Below, in pieces: positions 21,494-36,355 of a DNA stretch of 64,000 nucleotides. Location: contig CP060772.1 in assembly GCA_023205875.1 (NCBI GenBank), positions 62,001-126,000 of the forward strand, read 5' to 3'. The notes below the pieces were generated by a model. That model was not told the DNA's origin. It did no database searches and saw only the letters and a program-made list of their open reading frames with translations. The DNA is from Chloropicon primus (Eukaryota). Positions within the stretch are counted from its first letter, which is position 1, and the number at the start of each line of letters is the position of its first letter. Position numbers and translations under genes: made by a program.

Positions 21494-21644
21494 GTCGCGG
21501 TCCCCTTCCCCTTGGCCTCCTTGGCTCTCGTCCTCCTCGCTCCTCGCTCCTCGCTCGATTCTGCTCTGACGCTTGGCAAAAAAAAAACCAAGATCAAAGA
21601 TTGAGATGAGATGAGGCGGCCTGGAGGAGGAGGAGAGGGAGAGT

Positions 21645-22035
21645 GATTGAGGGGGAAGAGGAGAAGGGAGCTGAGGGTTGGTGAGAGGGATCACCAAGAT
21701 CTCTTGCTCTTGCTCTTGCTCTTTCCAAAGAGCCCTCACTTGATCCGATTGACGAGGAGGAGGAGGAGGAGGACCAGGAGAGACAGAGAGAGAAGAGGAG
21801 GAGGATTATGGATGGAATGAGGGGGAAGAGGAGGAGGGAGCTGAGGGTTGGTGAGAGGGATCACCAAGATCTCTTGCTCTTGCTCTTGCTCTTTCCAAAG
21901 AGCCCTCACTTGATCCGATTGACGAGGAGGAGGAGGAGGAGGACCAGGAGAGACAGAGAGAGAAGAGGAGGAGGATTATGGATGGAATGAGGGGGAAGAG
22001 GAGGAGGGAGCTGAGGGTTGGTGAGAGGGATCACG
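21645..22035. repeat. 170-bp tandem repeat (~2.3 copies); inverted copy at 28240-28640
   Basis: ctttccaaagagccctcact at 21721 and 21891. The reverse complement occurs at 28314 and 28484. Confidence 0.9.
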
Positions 22036-22171
22036 GGGATCTCTGCGAAGAGGTGGTCCGTCTGAATTTTGACCACTCGGGATCGAGTTAAACATGTTTA
22101 TTATAATATAATGTTTTTTCTTAGTCTTAGTGTACCAGAGTGCTTCTTCTCCTGCGCTCATGTCATCACAT

Positions 22172-24229
22172 TCACACCGCGGTGAGCCTCTTCGCGAGAG
22201 GCTTGCTGACGAGGGCCAGGATGAACGAATTCGCCAAAGCGATCACCGCCAACATGATGAAGAAGGGAGAGTGGCTCATGTAAGGGTAGAGGGTGCCGAG
22301 GTGTCCCGCAAGCATGTTGCCCCCAAAGGACGCTAGCAGCCAGAAACTGAAGGCGATGGACGTCATGTACTTGGGAGCAACAGCGGCGACAAAGCTGAGA
22401 CCCACGGGCGACAGGTACAGCTCGCCCAACGTTGACAGGGCCAGGCAGACGACCACCCACAGTATCGACACCTTGGCATCTTTCGCGGAAGATACGAGCC
22501 CGAGGACTCCGTAACCCATGGCCAGCAGCAAGCACCCGATGGACATCTTCGTCAAGGGAGCCGGCTCCCTTCCTCTCTGAGACTGCGCCCTCCACACCCA
22601 GTTGACAAAGGGCGTGAGAATGAGGATCAGGATCGGGTTTATGCTCTGGACCCACTCGGTTGGAACTTCGGCCGAAAAGACGACGCGGTTCACTTCACTC
22701 TCGCAGAAGAGCGCAATCGTGTTCCCCTGCTGCTCGAAGACGGCCCAGAAGCAGACCGCCATGAGGCAAATCCCGACCAGGGCGAGGATTCTAGGCAAGT
22801 CCTCCCTCGAGTAGGTTTCCCCTCCCTTCCCCCCCTTTGGGCCCTCCAAATCCAATGCATCCGAAGCGGAGGCGGGGGCTTTGTCACTCAAATCAACGTC
22901 AGAGAGCGTGCTCGACCTTGATCTGATCTCACTGTTCGACCTGTCGCCGCTCCCGTTCGGACTCATTGGCGTTCCCTTGTCCATCTCCTCCTTGGAAGTC
23001 GTCAGCAAGTTTTGGTAGGAGACCTTCTGATTCACTTTCCTCCCCCCGCCCCTGGCATCCAGCACCTTGGTGCCCACGACGTAGACCAGCAGACCGACCA
23101 CCATCCCGATCCCCGCGGCGGAAAATGCTGGCCCGTACCCCCAGTTCGCCCTAATCGATCCCGTGACCAGCGGAGCGAAGAAAGCACCCAAGTTGATGGC
23201 GCAGTAGTAGATTGAGAACGCCTCGTCCCTCCGGTTGACCCGGTGGACCTTGGGCTCGCCACCGAAATTCTCGTCCCCCGCCTCGGCCGTTCCCTTCCTG
23301 CCAATTTTCCCGGAATCCCTCCGCGGCGTCTTGGGAGACCCCGAAGCAGACGAGGAGCAGCTCGAAGGCTGGTCCTCTTGGTCGTACAATATTCCAATCC
23401 TTGCGTTGAGGTTTGGCTTGAAGCAGCCGTTGCCGAGGATGATGAAAAGCAGGCCAAAGAGGAAGGACTCCTTCATGGAAAGCAGGCCGTGCCCGATGGC
23501 CATGAGCACTCCTCCCGCAATGATCATCACGTGCTGTCCGAAGAGCTGGTCAGCCAGTATGCCTCCCGCCAGGGGCGTCAGGTAAACGAGGGAAGTGTAA
23601 ATGCCGTACAACTGGGAGGCAAAGGCCTGGACGGCCTTCTCTCTCTCCTCAAACGCGATGGAACCTTCCTCCTTGAGAACGTCCTTCGCTCCGCAGGCTT
23701 TGGCCAAGCCGCTCAGGCCAGCCACATCACCCATGTTCTCGTGCAGAAGCAGAACCTTGGAGAGGTAAAGCACAAGGAGAGCCCTCATGCCATAGTATGA
23801 AAACCTCTCCCACACCTCCGCGCTTGCAAATATCCATAACAGCTTGGGGTGTGCACCAAACACGCGGCTCAGCTTGTGACACACTGAGCAACCACTCACC
23901 CAACATGACCGTGCTCTGGGCTTGTCCAACGAAAGCTTCTCTTCCCCCTCTTCCACTTCAAACGCAGCAACACCACTCAAGCTTGAGCAGGATGGCGAAG
24001 ATGACGATGAAGAGGATGACCAAGCAAAGGATGAAAAGATGAGCAAGAGACGAGTTAGCACGTGTTTTATTCCCTCTCGGGGAATGTCGATGAGGGGGAG
24101 ATATCGGAATGTAACGCACGATCGAGCGTTACACCTCCGTCTCTCCGTCCCTCTCTTCCTCGTCGTGGCATCCTCATGCAAAAGCAAACGAAGACCATCA
24201 CCATGAACGAACCACACACACACACACAC

Positions 24230-24262
<33 letters not shown>

Positions 24263-24379
24263 AGATGTTTTGTTTTTGGAATGGATTTTGCTTGCCCCCC
24301 TCCGTCGCTTGCTCTCTTGCTCGTACCTCGAGTGGCCTTTACTCGTCAAGAGCCTCTTGTTCTCCACCTCGTCCTCCAT
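22172..24379 (-). CDS. POT/PTR proton-dependent oligopeptide transporter
   Basis: 'EVWERFSYYGMRALL' (ExxERFxYY), 'GNGCFKPN', 'AFSIYYCAINLGAFFAP' and 'GELYLSPVGLS'. Probable short exon 1 with a GTACG donor at 24326. Confidence 0.9.
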
Positions 24380-25229
24380 GACGCACGACACGAGTGCCCA
24401 CCTCGTGGAAGAAAGCACACACGAGGCGCATACCTTGGCGAGGACGGTGAAGACGAAAGAGGCAACGAGGGGAGAAGGGAAAGGTGGAAGACGAAAGTAG
24501 ACCTCAAGATCTTTCCGACGATACCTTCATTGACCCATTTGGTGCTCGGAGTCATCGAGGGTTCGACTTTTGTTCCAAAAAGGGAAGCAGAAAACACACG
24601 AGTCGCATGCCTTGTCGAGGACGGTGAAGACGAAAGTAGCGACGAGAGGAGAAGTGGAGGGTGTCATACGAAAGTAGATCTCAAGATCTTTCCGTAGACT
24701 GGTCGCTTGCCTGGGTTGGGTGTATTCGTGCTCGGCTGTGGAGTCTCTGGCCCATTGATGGGGTCTGCCGTGGAGGCTCTGAAGAAGGCGTGTCAAGAGG
24801 CCGCTGAGGAGTCCGTGAGCGTGGCCAAGGGAGCCAAGGGTAAGTCACGATTCCTCCTGACGGATGCATTCTGCTTCCTCTGAATCATGAAAAAGACACA
24901 TCTCTGCTTCTCCTCCTTTCGTTGGAGGGAGCCAACAAGTGGCTGCTGCTGCTGCTGGTGATGATGATGGTGGTGGTGGTGCCTCCTTTCATTCATCCAG
25001 CAGCACTGGAAGCGCTTGGATGCTCGTGGATTGCTGACCTCCTGGTACCTCTCTCTTGTGTCTGTCTCTGTCCCTGGTGCTGGTTTCACTAGACGGTAGA
25101 AGAGTCGTGGGAGGGAACAGAAAGTACGGGAGCCGGAAGGAGGCGAGGGTTGCGAAGATAGCTGCGGCCAAGGCACGCAGAGCCGCGAAAGAGGAGGAGG
25201 AGAAGCAAAAGGCTCTGGGTAAGTCTTAG

Positions 25230-26459
25230 ATGGCAGGGACACGTGGTGGATCCAACGATGAAGCACCTAAGGATGCAGAAGAGGAGAGGCAAGAGAGTGG
25301 GCCGGATGAGTTGTCGATGTACAAAGGTGCGCAAAAACTCTTCAGGGACTTGAAGGTAAAGATAGCGAGAGCACCCAAGGCAAAGGTCTTGGCCTTCCTT
25401 GTCTTTATTGTTGCGTGTTGCTGCTGGTTCCTCGGCAGCGGCCTTGTCAAAAGTCCCGGGAGCGAGCGAAGGAAGAAGATGAGGCCGAGAGCGAGGTTCG
25501 TGGAGGCACCCGACGAAGCTTTCGTTCACCACTTTCCTAGCCACGGCTTGACCATCAAGAGCGCCTACGCGAGCCGCAGAGGATACTACCCGAACAATGC
25601 TCGGTGGAAGAACCAGGATTCGTATTGCTTGATCCACAACTATTGCGGCCAAGAGGAGAGGGTGCTCATGGGAGTCTTCGATGGGCATGGGAGCTCGGGC
25701 GCCGGGTGCTCCCAATTCGCGGGGCGAGAGATTTCGAGCAGGTTGGAGAGGCACTTGCTCGATGGCCAGGACGTGGGGACCGCCCACTCGAAGGCGTTCG
25801 TGTCCGCCAACTCGGCGCTGCACAGAAACAAAACAGTCGATGACTCCTTGAGTGGCACCACAGCCATCACGGTCTTGTTGGACGGCGTTGACCTGACGGT
25901 CGCCAACGTTGGCGACTCGAGGGCCATCCTGGGGCAGAGGGGGCAGGATGGAAAGGTTGTTTCGAAGAAGCTGTCCGTCGATCAGACGCCATTCAGGAAG
26001 GATGAGCTGGACAGGGTTCGAATGGCCGGCGGAAGGGTTCAGACATCAGCTCAAGTCGAAGGCCTGGTGGATTTGGAAGAAGACGTGTGGAGCACAGCCG
26101 AGGGGGCCGAGGAGAGCCACACCGGTGACACGCCTCGGGTCTGGCTGACGAACATCAACATCCCTGGCCTCGCCATGACGAGGAGCGTGGGCGATTTCGC
26201 GGTCGAGAAGGTCGGTGTCTACGCGGAGCCCGAGATCATCTCAAGGAAGCTCGACTTCAACTGCAAAGCAATCATCGTGGCCAGCGACGGCGTCTTCGAG
26301 TTTCTCTCCTCCCAGACCGTGGTGGACATGGCCCTTGCGCACGCAGACCCTTTGGAGGGAGCCTACGCGATTGTCAAGGAGTCCAAGAGGCAGTGGCTCC
26401 GACACGACGTGAGGAGCGATGACATCACCGTCGTGATCGCGCTGCTGGAATGGCAGTGA
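25230..26459 (+). CDS. PP2C/PPM protein phosphatase with N-terminal hydrophobic segment
   Basis: NQDS, VFDGHG, SGTTA, NVGDSRA, LAMTRSVGD, ASDGVFE and DDIT motifs. Confidence 0.92.
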   Translation: MAGTRGGSNDEAPKDAEEERQESGPDELSMYKGAQKLFRDLKVKIARAPKAKVLAFLVFIVACCCWFLGSGLVKSPGSERRKKMRPRARFVEAPDEAFVHHFPSHGLTIKSAYASRRGYYPNNARWKNQDSYCLIHNYCGQEERVLMGVFDGHGSSGAGCSQFAGREISSRLERHLLDGQDVGTAHSKAFVSANSALHRNKTVDDSLSGTTAITVLLDGVDLTVANVGDSRAILGQRGQDGKVVSKKLSVDQTPFRKDELDRVRMAGGRVQTSAQVEGLVDLEEDVWSTAEGAEESHTGDTPRVWLTNINIPGLAMTRSVGDFAVEKVGVYAEPEIISRKLDFNCKAIIVASDGVFEFLSSQTVVDMALAHADPLEGAYAIVKESKRQWLRHDVRSDDITVVIALLEWQ

Positions 26460-26973
26460 AATGGTGATAAAATTCGTCCTCCTCATGAGTTGTGTGTGTA
26501 AGGAAGAAAAGAGACCAAAAGCCTTGTAAGAAAGACTGAACTGCAGCACCCATCCCTCCCCTTCCTCCATCCATCCACCCCTCCCTCCTCCCATTGCCCT
26601 TCCTCCCTCCACCCATCACCCTCATCAATCCTCTCTCCTCACCATGATCCCTGTCACCATTCCTCCCAAGTGAGGGCTCTTTGGAAAGAGCAAGACACAA
26701 CGCATCCATCCATTCATACAAGATCCCTCTCCCCCTCTATCCCTCTCCCCATCTCCTTCCACCATCCACCATCACCACCCTCCTCCTCCTGCTATCCCTG
26801 CAGATGGACAATTGAGGCCATCCTCGAAAGGGGTGAAGCCGAGGGGCTAGAGGAGCGGAGGGGGTAGACTTGGCATCACTCCCGCGAACACAAACCACGA
26901 ATCGCGAAACTAGAACTCAAGGTCTTTCTCTGGATACCTCCCTCGACTCGTTTGGCTTCGGATTGGAGACGCA

Positions 26974-28148
26974 ATGGCATCGAAAGGCCTCATCAAGCGG
27001 ATCAGGCAGCTGCAACAGAAGAAGTACCGCAAGCAGACGAACCAATTCGTTGTGGAGGGTCACAAACACATCGCAGAGTTCTTGCGCAACTCCCAGCATT
27101 ACGAGGCCGTCCACCTCATCACGACGGTGGAGAGCGAAACACACAACACCGACGACACCGACACCAACAGGTGAGTGAGTGAGTGGATGGATGGATGGAT
27201 TCCATATATCATCCATAGGAGAGATGAGATGGTGGGGACCTTTGCCTTGGAAGGAGGAGGATGTCATCGTCACCGTCATTTCATGGCCATGAGCCATCCT
27301 CCTCCTCCTCCTCCTCCTCCTCCTTCTCCACGAGGTTGAGTTGAGTTGAGTTGATCCCGTATCCCATCATCATAGAGCTCGAGTGAAGCCGCTTGCCTTC
27401 CGTTGTTGTTGTTTGTGACTGACTCTGACTCTGACTCTGACTCGGCTGGCTGGCTCCTTGTTGTGAATGATGGATCATCTGCAGCAGCAGGCTCGTGGTG
27501 AGTCCGCAGGATATGTCGAGAATGACGGGCCTCTCCACAGCCTGTGACGCCCTCGCTGTGTTTCAGAAGAGGCAAGGGAGCACCGGGGAGGACTTTGCCA
27601 AAAGCTTGGAAAAGGGAGCGCAAGTCAGCTTGGCTCTGGATGCTGTTCGAGATCCGGGTAACTTGGGGACTCTCATTCGTTTGTGTGATTGGTTTGGGAT
27701 GAGGAACATGCTTCTATCGGGCGACTGCTGCGATTGCTACAACCCCAAAGTCGTTCGAGCTACCGCAGGTTCGTTGGCCAGAGTCAATGTCCACTACGCG
27801 GCAGGGACTTTGCACGGGGAGCTTTCGGGCTTGCACGCTCCTTTGATCGGTGCGAGCATGGAAGGGAAGAGCATCTACGACCTCGATCTGCCTCTGAAGA
27901 AGGTGGGCTCAGACGGTTCCAAGTCCAGCAGCAACGGCCTCGTCCTGGTCATGGGGAGCGAAGGGAAAGGCCTCTCTCCCGAGGTCGTGAACATCCTAGA
28001 CGAGGTCGTGTCCATACCCTCGTACCCGTTTCCAGACCGCGAGGTTGATGCCAGCGAGGAGAGGCGAATCGAAGAGGCGACGGAGAGCTTGAACGTTGCA
28101 ATGGCCGCTGGCATCCTCATCAGCGAGATCAAGCGGCGGCTCTCTTGA
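26974..28148 (+). CDS. SpoU/TrmH-family RNA 2'-O-methyltransferase (2 exons)
   Basis: 'FVVEG', 'DPGNLGTLIR', 'LVMGSEGKGLS' and 'ESLNVAMAAGI'. Intron 27171-27490 is in frame. Confidence 0.9.
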
Positions 28149-28239
28149 GAGGAGCCAAAGGACAAACGAACCCGTTCCTCCTGTAAACCATCATGATCTG
28201 TACTACTGCTACTGCTGCTGTATTTTATGCCACCCCAAT

Positions 28240-28640
28240 CCATCCATAATCCTCCTCCTCCTCTTCTCTCTCTGTCTCTCCTGGTCATCCTCCTCCTCCT
28301 CGTCAATCGGATCAAGTGAGGGCTCTTTGGAAAGAGCAAGAGCAAGAGCAAGAGCAAGAGATCAGGGTGATCCCTCTCACCAAGCCTCAGCTCCCTCCTC
28401 CTCTTCCCCCTCATTCCATCCATAATCCTCCTCCTCTTCTCTCTCTCCTGGTCCTCCTCCTCCTCCTCCTCGTCAATCGGATCAAGTGAGGGCTCTTTGG
28501 AAAGAGCAAGAGCAAGAGCAAGAGATCTTGGTGATCCCTCTCACCAACCCTCAGCTCCCTCCTCCTCCCCCTCATTCCAATCATCCACAATCCTCCTCCT
28601 CCTCCTCCTCTTCTCTCTCTCCTGGGTCCTCCTCAATCGA
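28240..28640. repeat. 170-bp tandem repeat, inverted relative to 21645-22035
   Basis: atcaagtgagggctctttggaaagagcaagagcaagag at 28311 and 28481. Confidence 0.9.
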
Positions 28641-28652
28641 AAAAGCAAAAAA

Positions 28653-29956
28653 ATGGCGATGGCTCACGATGGTTTGGATGGTTTGTGGTCGGTGAAGACG
28701 TCCAGCGGGACGGCAGCCTCGTTGCTGTCATTAGGTACGCGTCCACTGCCGGAAGCACCACCCTTTTCCTCCCTCCCTCTCTCTCTCTCTCGCGCGCTCT
28801 CAAGGGAATGATCCATCCATTCATCCAGAAAGTGGATCCACCATTGACCTCCTGCTGCTGCTGCTGCTGCTGCTTTGATGGTGACGATGGATAGAGAGGG
28901 GAGGTGTGGACGACGGGGTCTCCGAGGAAGAAGCGGCATCGCGATGCTACGTGAGTCTGGACACCGCATTTCTCGCTCCATGTCCAAAGATATCCAACGT
29001 CAGAAACACCACTCGAGAGGCCACGAAGATCTTCAAGCATTTTCACAAGACTGAAGCTGAGATCGATGCGACACCGAGGGAGGGAGACGCGAAAGAGGTA
29101 AGGTTGATCGCTTTCCTGACGGAGGAATCGATTTCGGCATCGGCATTGACTTCATCTGGCGGCATTTTGATTGTTTTGGTGGTTTCCTTGCGGGTTCTGG
29201 CAGCCCAAGGAGAAGGAGAAGGACGAGTCTGTGGAGGAAAGCGGTGGTGAGTGGGTCGTTGCAAAGCTGGACAACCTCGCAAGATCCCACTCCAGGATTC
29301 TTATACACCTCCAAGGGGAGGGCAAGAGGAGTGAGACAAGCGGAGGGTCTGAGTCCTTGCGTATGTTGTCGAGTATTTTGAGGAAGGCCGAAGAGAGCAA
29401 GCAGCTGCGTGGCAAGGCGGCGAAGAGGAAGCGGAAGAGAGAGAAGAGCCGGGGGCCGGGTGGGAGGGAGGCTTGGGAGCTGGAAGGACAGGATATTTTG
29501 TCGAGAACAAGGTATTGCCAGAGGATCTTCCCCGTTCAGACGCTGTGTCTTTTCACGGAAGCGGCCGTGCAGCAAGGGCTGAGATCGATTTTGGGCACAA
29601 CCCTGCGCGAGTACAAGTCTGGCGGCGAGGAAGGGTCGGGGACTGCGGTGCCATTCTCCGTGTGGTGCAGGCAGAGGCTCGCGAGGGTGAGCGCAGAGGG
29701 CGACGAGGCGCAAGGCGAAGGGCAAACCAAAAGTCTGCTGGATGTATTGGCGACAACATTTCAAGCCTGCTGCTCGGAGATGGGCCTGGAAGGTGTGGTG
29801 AATCTCAAAACGCCGAAACTTGTCGTCCTCGCGGAGGGTTCGTTCCAGAGCGCAGATGGCGTGGCGTTCGTTCCACTCAGCGTCTGCCCAGTGGACATGG
29901 TGCAGATCAAGTCGTCCGGAACCGCGCTGAAAACTCTTTTCGATGTGAAGAAATGA
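28653..29956 (+). CDS. THUMP-domain-like protein (spliced)
   Basis: 'TRYCQRIFPVQ', 'FSVWCRQR' and 'VVNLKTPKLVVLAE' resemble THUMPD1/Tan1. Donors at 28735 and 29098; the 5' exon structure is uncertain. Confidence 0.55.
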
Positions 29957-30057
29957 TCTTCGGAGAGACGGAGAAGGAGCATGAAGAGTTAGTGTGTACT
30001 AAAAATTTGTGGTCTTAATGATACAAATAGATAATGTTCGCCGTTCCTATGCACGTA

Positions 30058-32325
<2,268 letters not shown>

Positions 32326-33058
32326 CTATCAAGGAACCATCCCCTTGACTCCGTTTTCGGTATCCATCGTCACGACCTCCACGGAAACGAAAAGAAACCG
32401 CTCTCGAGAGGGGAGGTCGTGGGGCACGGGTGTGCGTTACGAGCGTTACGCTCATAACGAGGACGTCTTCCCCTCTTACCTTCTCCTCGTCCGCTTGCTC
32501 CTCGTACCTCACACTCTCTCTGCTGCTTCGACTTTTTCCTTCTTGATCCAAAAAGAAACAAACACCGTCAGTATCATGGTCCACATGGCTTCAAATTTTT
32601 CGACCGAGGGCTCTTTCGAAAGCTCCAAACGTGACGCTTCACGTGGTATCGCTCTGTTCCACGCTTGCGCCCTCCCCTGCCGTCCCGTCGCCATGTTCCC
32701 TCACCTTATGATCGTGCGCGATCGTGCGCCGCGAAGTGAGTGGTGATCGCGGCTTCTGAGCGCCAAAATGTGGCGGCGAAGGGGAGAGTAGATTTCCCTT
32801 CTTGAAATTGGAGATAAAGTTACACCCATTTAGGTCACATTTACATTCATTTTGGATGAGAACTCCGCGGATCCATCCAGCAGGAAGAGAGGCTCAAGAA
32901 AGGAAAGATGGCAAGGGGTCTGCATCGAATGGAATGGTTTCTGCTTCTCTCTCTCTCTCTCTCTTTGTCTCTGTCTGTCTGTCTGTCTCTGAGTGTCTTG
33001 TCCTCTCCTGGAGTGGAGGACCAGGATAAGGATGAAATGATGGATGGATGGTCTCTCT

Positions 33059-33097
<39 letters not shown>

Positions 33098-33345
33098 TGT
33101 GTTTGTGCGTGTTCTCTCGTCGTCCTGATCTCCCCCACTGCAGGGGATCAAGCTTGATGAGCACCAAGATGATGGTGATGAATGGCGCACTTGACCGAAT
33201 GACCGCAAACACACACACACACACACCATGCATCCTGATCCTGCCTGCGAATCAAAACGATTTTCGATTCCACTATAAATTACGACTCCTCTCGTCAATC
33301 TCTCATCACCCCCTCCCTCGGTAACCTGCCCTCCCTCCTCCTCGA

Positions 33346-35635
33346 TCACTGCTTTATGCCGACGAGGCAGACGGTCTGGGCGGCCTGCTGCACCGAGTAA
33401 TGCAGGTGCTCGTCGCACTTCCCGTCCCAGATCGCCCTGACGGACTCCTCCGCGCTACGGATGCACTTGAACTTCATCTCCATCAGGTGCTTGACGTACG
33501 CCGTGTTCCCCTGGCCCGAGAGGACGATCAGCATCGCGTTCCTCGGGAGGCTCGAGTAGATCCTTCCCACCCTCTCGTCCATCTTCCTCAGCTCGCTCTC
33601 CACGGAGGGGCTCTTCTCGAAGCTGGCCTGCTTCGCGGCCAGGACCTCGGCGAGGTTGGACCCCTTGCCCCCCCCCGCCCCAGCCTCCACCGCCGACTTC
33701 AGCATGGCGTCCACGCCCACGCTGTCGTTGGTCACCGCCTTCAGCTCCTCGTACAGCTCGCACAGGGAGGCCCACACGAGGTTCACGCTCGGGGACTTGC
33801 ACTCCTTGAGGGACCTCTGTGCCACGTCCTCGTCAGACTTGCAGAGGATCGCGTTGGCGCTCCCCACGGCGTGCCTCCTCAGGACCATCTCCCGGTCCAG
33901 CAGCGAGGCGCACTTCTTGTGGTCCGTCAGGATCTTGCACATTGACACCCCGTCGATCTCAAAGGCACCAAAGCTCGGGCCAAAATGGATCTTGAGTCTG
34001 CACAGCTCCATGGCCGTGCAGGCGTCCTCGATGGGGTTGTGCCCCTCGACCTGGATCGCCTTGCCCAGGTAACGCTCCGACAGGGCCTTGAGGGAGAACT
34101 TGTAGGGGGGTCCCTTGTTGTGCGGGTAGAGGATCGCCGTGTCTATCACGTTGCGGTGAAGAAGCTTTAGGGCCACCAAGTCGTTCTCCAGGGAATGACC
34201 CACGAGGAAGGTGTCCTCGTCAATGATCCGCAAGATCTCTTCCTGAACGTCGCTCAGAGTCGTCGTCACGTTCTCCAACATCTCCGCCGTGATTCCAGAG
34301 AATTCGGTGACATAGTCCAAAATCGGGCTCTCAGGCTTGACCAGCTTGTCGTACAGGACGTCGCTGGTGTCGTCCACCAAAGTTACCCTCGTCAACTCAG
34401 GCCCGTTCTCCGTGGTGCACATCTCGCAATCGATCGCAACAAGCTTCTCCACGCCTTTTTCGCCCCCCGAGGGTCCCTTCCCAGTCGTTCTGAACTTGTC
34501 CAAGTCGCCAAGGACTTCCTTGGCGTCGGTGAAGGTGTTCCTGACCGTGCTGGCGGGCCTGGCACCAGAACCCTCCCCCCCGTCGTCCTTGCCCTCCCCA
34601 TCGCTGGGACTTGCCACGGGGTACCCGTTCTCTTCCATCTGCTCGGGGGTCAAAGCGTAGTGCTTTGCGGAGCGCTTGATCTTCCCCAGGGCGAGCTCGT
34701 CCTGGTACGGCATCTTGACCGCGTTCCCTGCATACAAGCGACTCTTCTTCTTCCTGTGAGGCACGGTCAGCAAGGCGTGCACCGTGCTCAGCGGGTCAAT
34801 GAACGAATTCAACGCAAGGGATTCCACTCGAAGAAGGCTGCCACCTTTTCCCTCTGCCTCCCCCTCGCCGGCCTGTGAGCCCAGCAGCCCCGATATGTTC
34901 TTGAAGAGCTCGGGTTTGCTGTCCAGGGCCGACACGCACAGACCAGAAGCGAACACGACGACGACTTTCTCGACCAGCATCTTGTTCCTCACCCCCATCC
35001 AATTCGGCATCCCAGTGCTCGCCAACAGCCAGAGCAGCATGACCTGCACATCCCGTATACGGATCCTCCTCCCTTGCGCCACCTTGAGCTCGAGCGTTGC
35101 CTTTGCCTCCGGCCCGTACACGGCGTAACACTCTGCCGCCGTACCCTTGTTTTGCTCCAAACGCTTGGTCAACTTCTTCAGCTTGCCACGGCCCAATCCA
35201 GACAAGCTCCCGCCATCCCTCTTTCGCTTCTCCCCGCCACTGCTCCCTTGCTGGCCAGCCCTAGGAGCAACAAGAAACAAAACGAGTTTCAGTAGACTGC
35301 AACGCCAAATCTTCAGCACGGTGGCGGTTGGTTCGAGAGAGGACTCGCTCGAGAGCGGGAGACGCGAGGTTTCTCCATCGCCTCCGCCTCCCCCTCCCTC
35401 CCCCTTCCTCGCAAACTCACCTGTTTCGTGGCGTCTCCTTCTCGATCCCTTCACGAGTCGCCGTCCCGTCCGGCGTGATCTCTCCCTCCTCTCGCTCCTC
35501 CTCCACCTCCTCCACCTTGTCCGCGCTCGTGACCATCAAGGCCTCTCCTTCGGACGCCTCGCTCCTCCCCTCCCCGCCCTTGGCTTCCTCGAGGACTTCC
35601 CACCTGGACGATCTCCTCTTCTCCTGCTCCGTCAT
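33346..35635 (-). CDS. DEDDh RNA exonuclease (REXO1/REXO5/SDN5-like), 2 exons
   Basis: 'AIDCEMC', 'VGHSLENDL' and 'GHNPIEDA'. Intron 35420-35261 is in frame. Confidence 0.9.
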
Positions 35636-36355
35636 CCCTCACCAAAACTTCGTCCTCTCACCAAATCCTTCAAGCGACCACTCTACCGAAAGCTCGCGAC
35701 CTCCGCTATCTCTCTCTCCAACCACCTTTGCTTCCGTCTCTCCCTGCCGTCGCTCAACTTCGTCCGTAAACTAGCGCACGCCTCACCTCCTCCTCCTCTC
35801 CTCCCTCTTCTTATTAACGCACGAGCACGAGTTCGATGCCAAACGGCTGGAGGGTGTGACAGGAGGAGAGGAGGGTCTCACGGTGTTCTTTGACATAAAG
35901 CTGGACCCCACGGACCATCCTTTGCCGGCATTAGCTCCCATACTTTTGTCTCTGCCTCTGTCCAGAAGCAAGCAGCAGCAGGACCACGGGAGGGTGATGC
36001 AGGTGGACAGTAGGTGAGTCGAGAGAGAAGCTTCCTGCTTCGGTAAGTTCCACGTGGTTGTGACGATTCTGACTCGGGTGATGGTGACCACGTTGTGCTC
36101 GCTACCCGCCGCCGCAGGCTTCTGTTGAGGAGGAAGAGGGAGGTCCGGAGGAGGAAGGGGAAGGTTCTCATCGCCTCCGTGCTCGTTTTGGTTGCGCTGA
36201 TAACGGTTTTGAGACTGAGAGCCTGGCTGAGGTCGGACGCCGTGGCTCGCAGGATAGAAGTTGAAATCGATGGCGCCCTGCACTCTGTAGGAGGAGGCGC
36301 ATAAGATGTGTTGCTGTTGTTTGTTGTGTTACAGGATTAAGGATAGTTTTGACTT

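Noticed and set aside
35836..36304. Small plus-strand ORF with a TM-like stretch
   Set aside because: No supportable start, splice model or homology.
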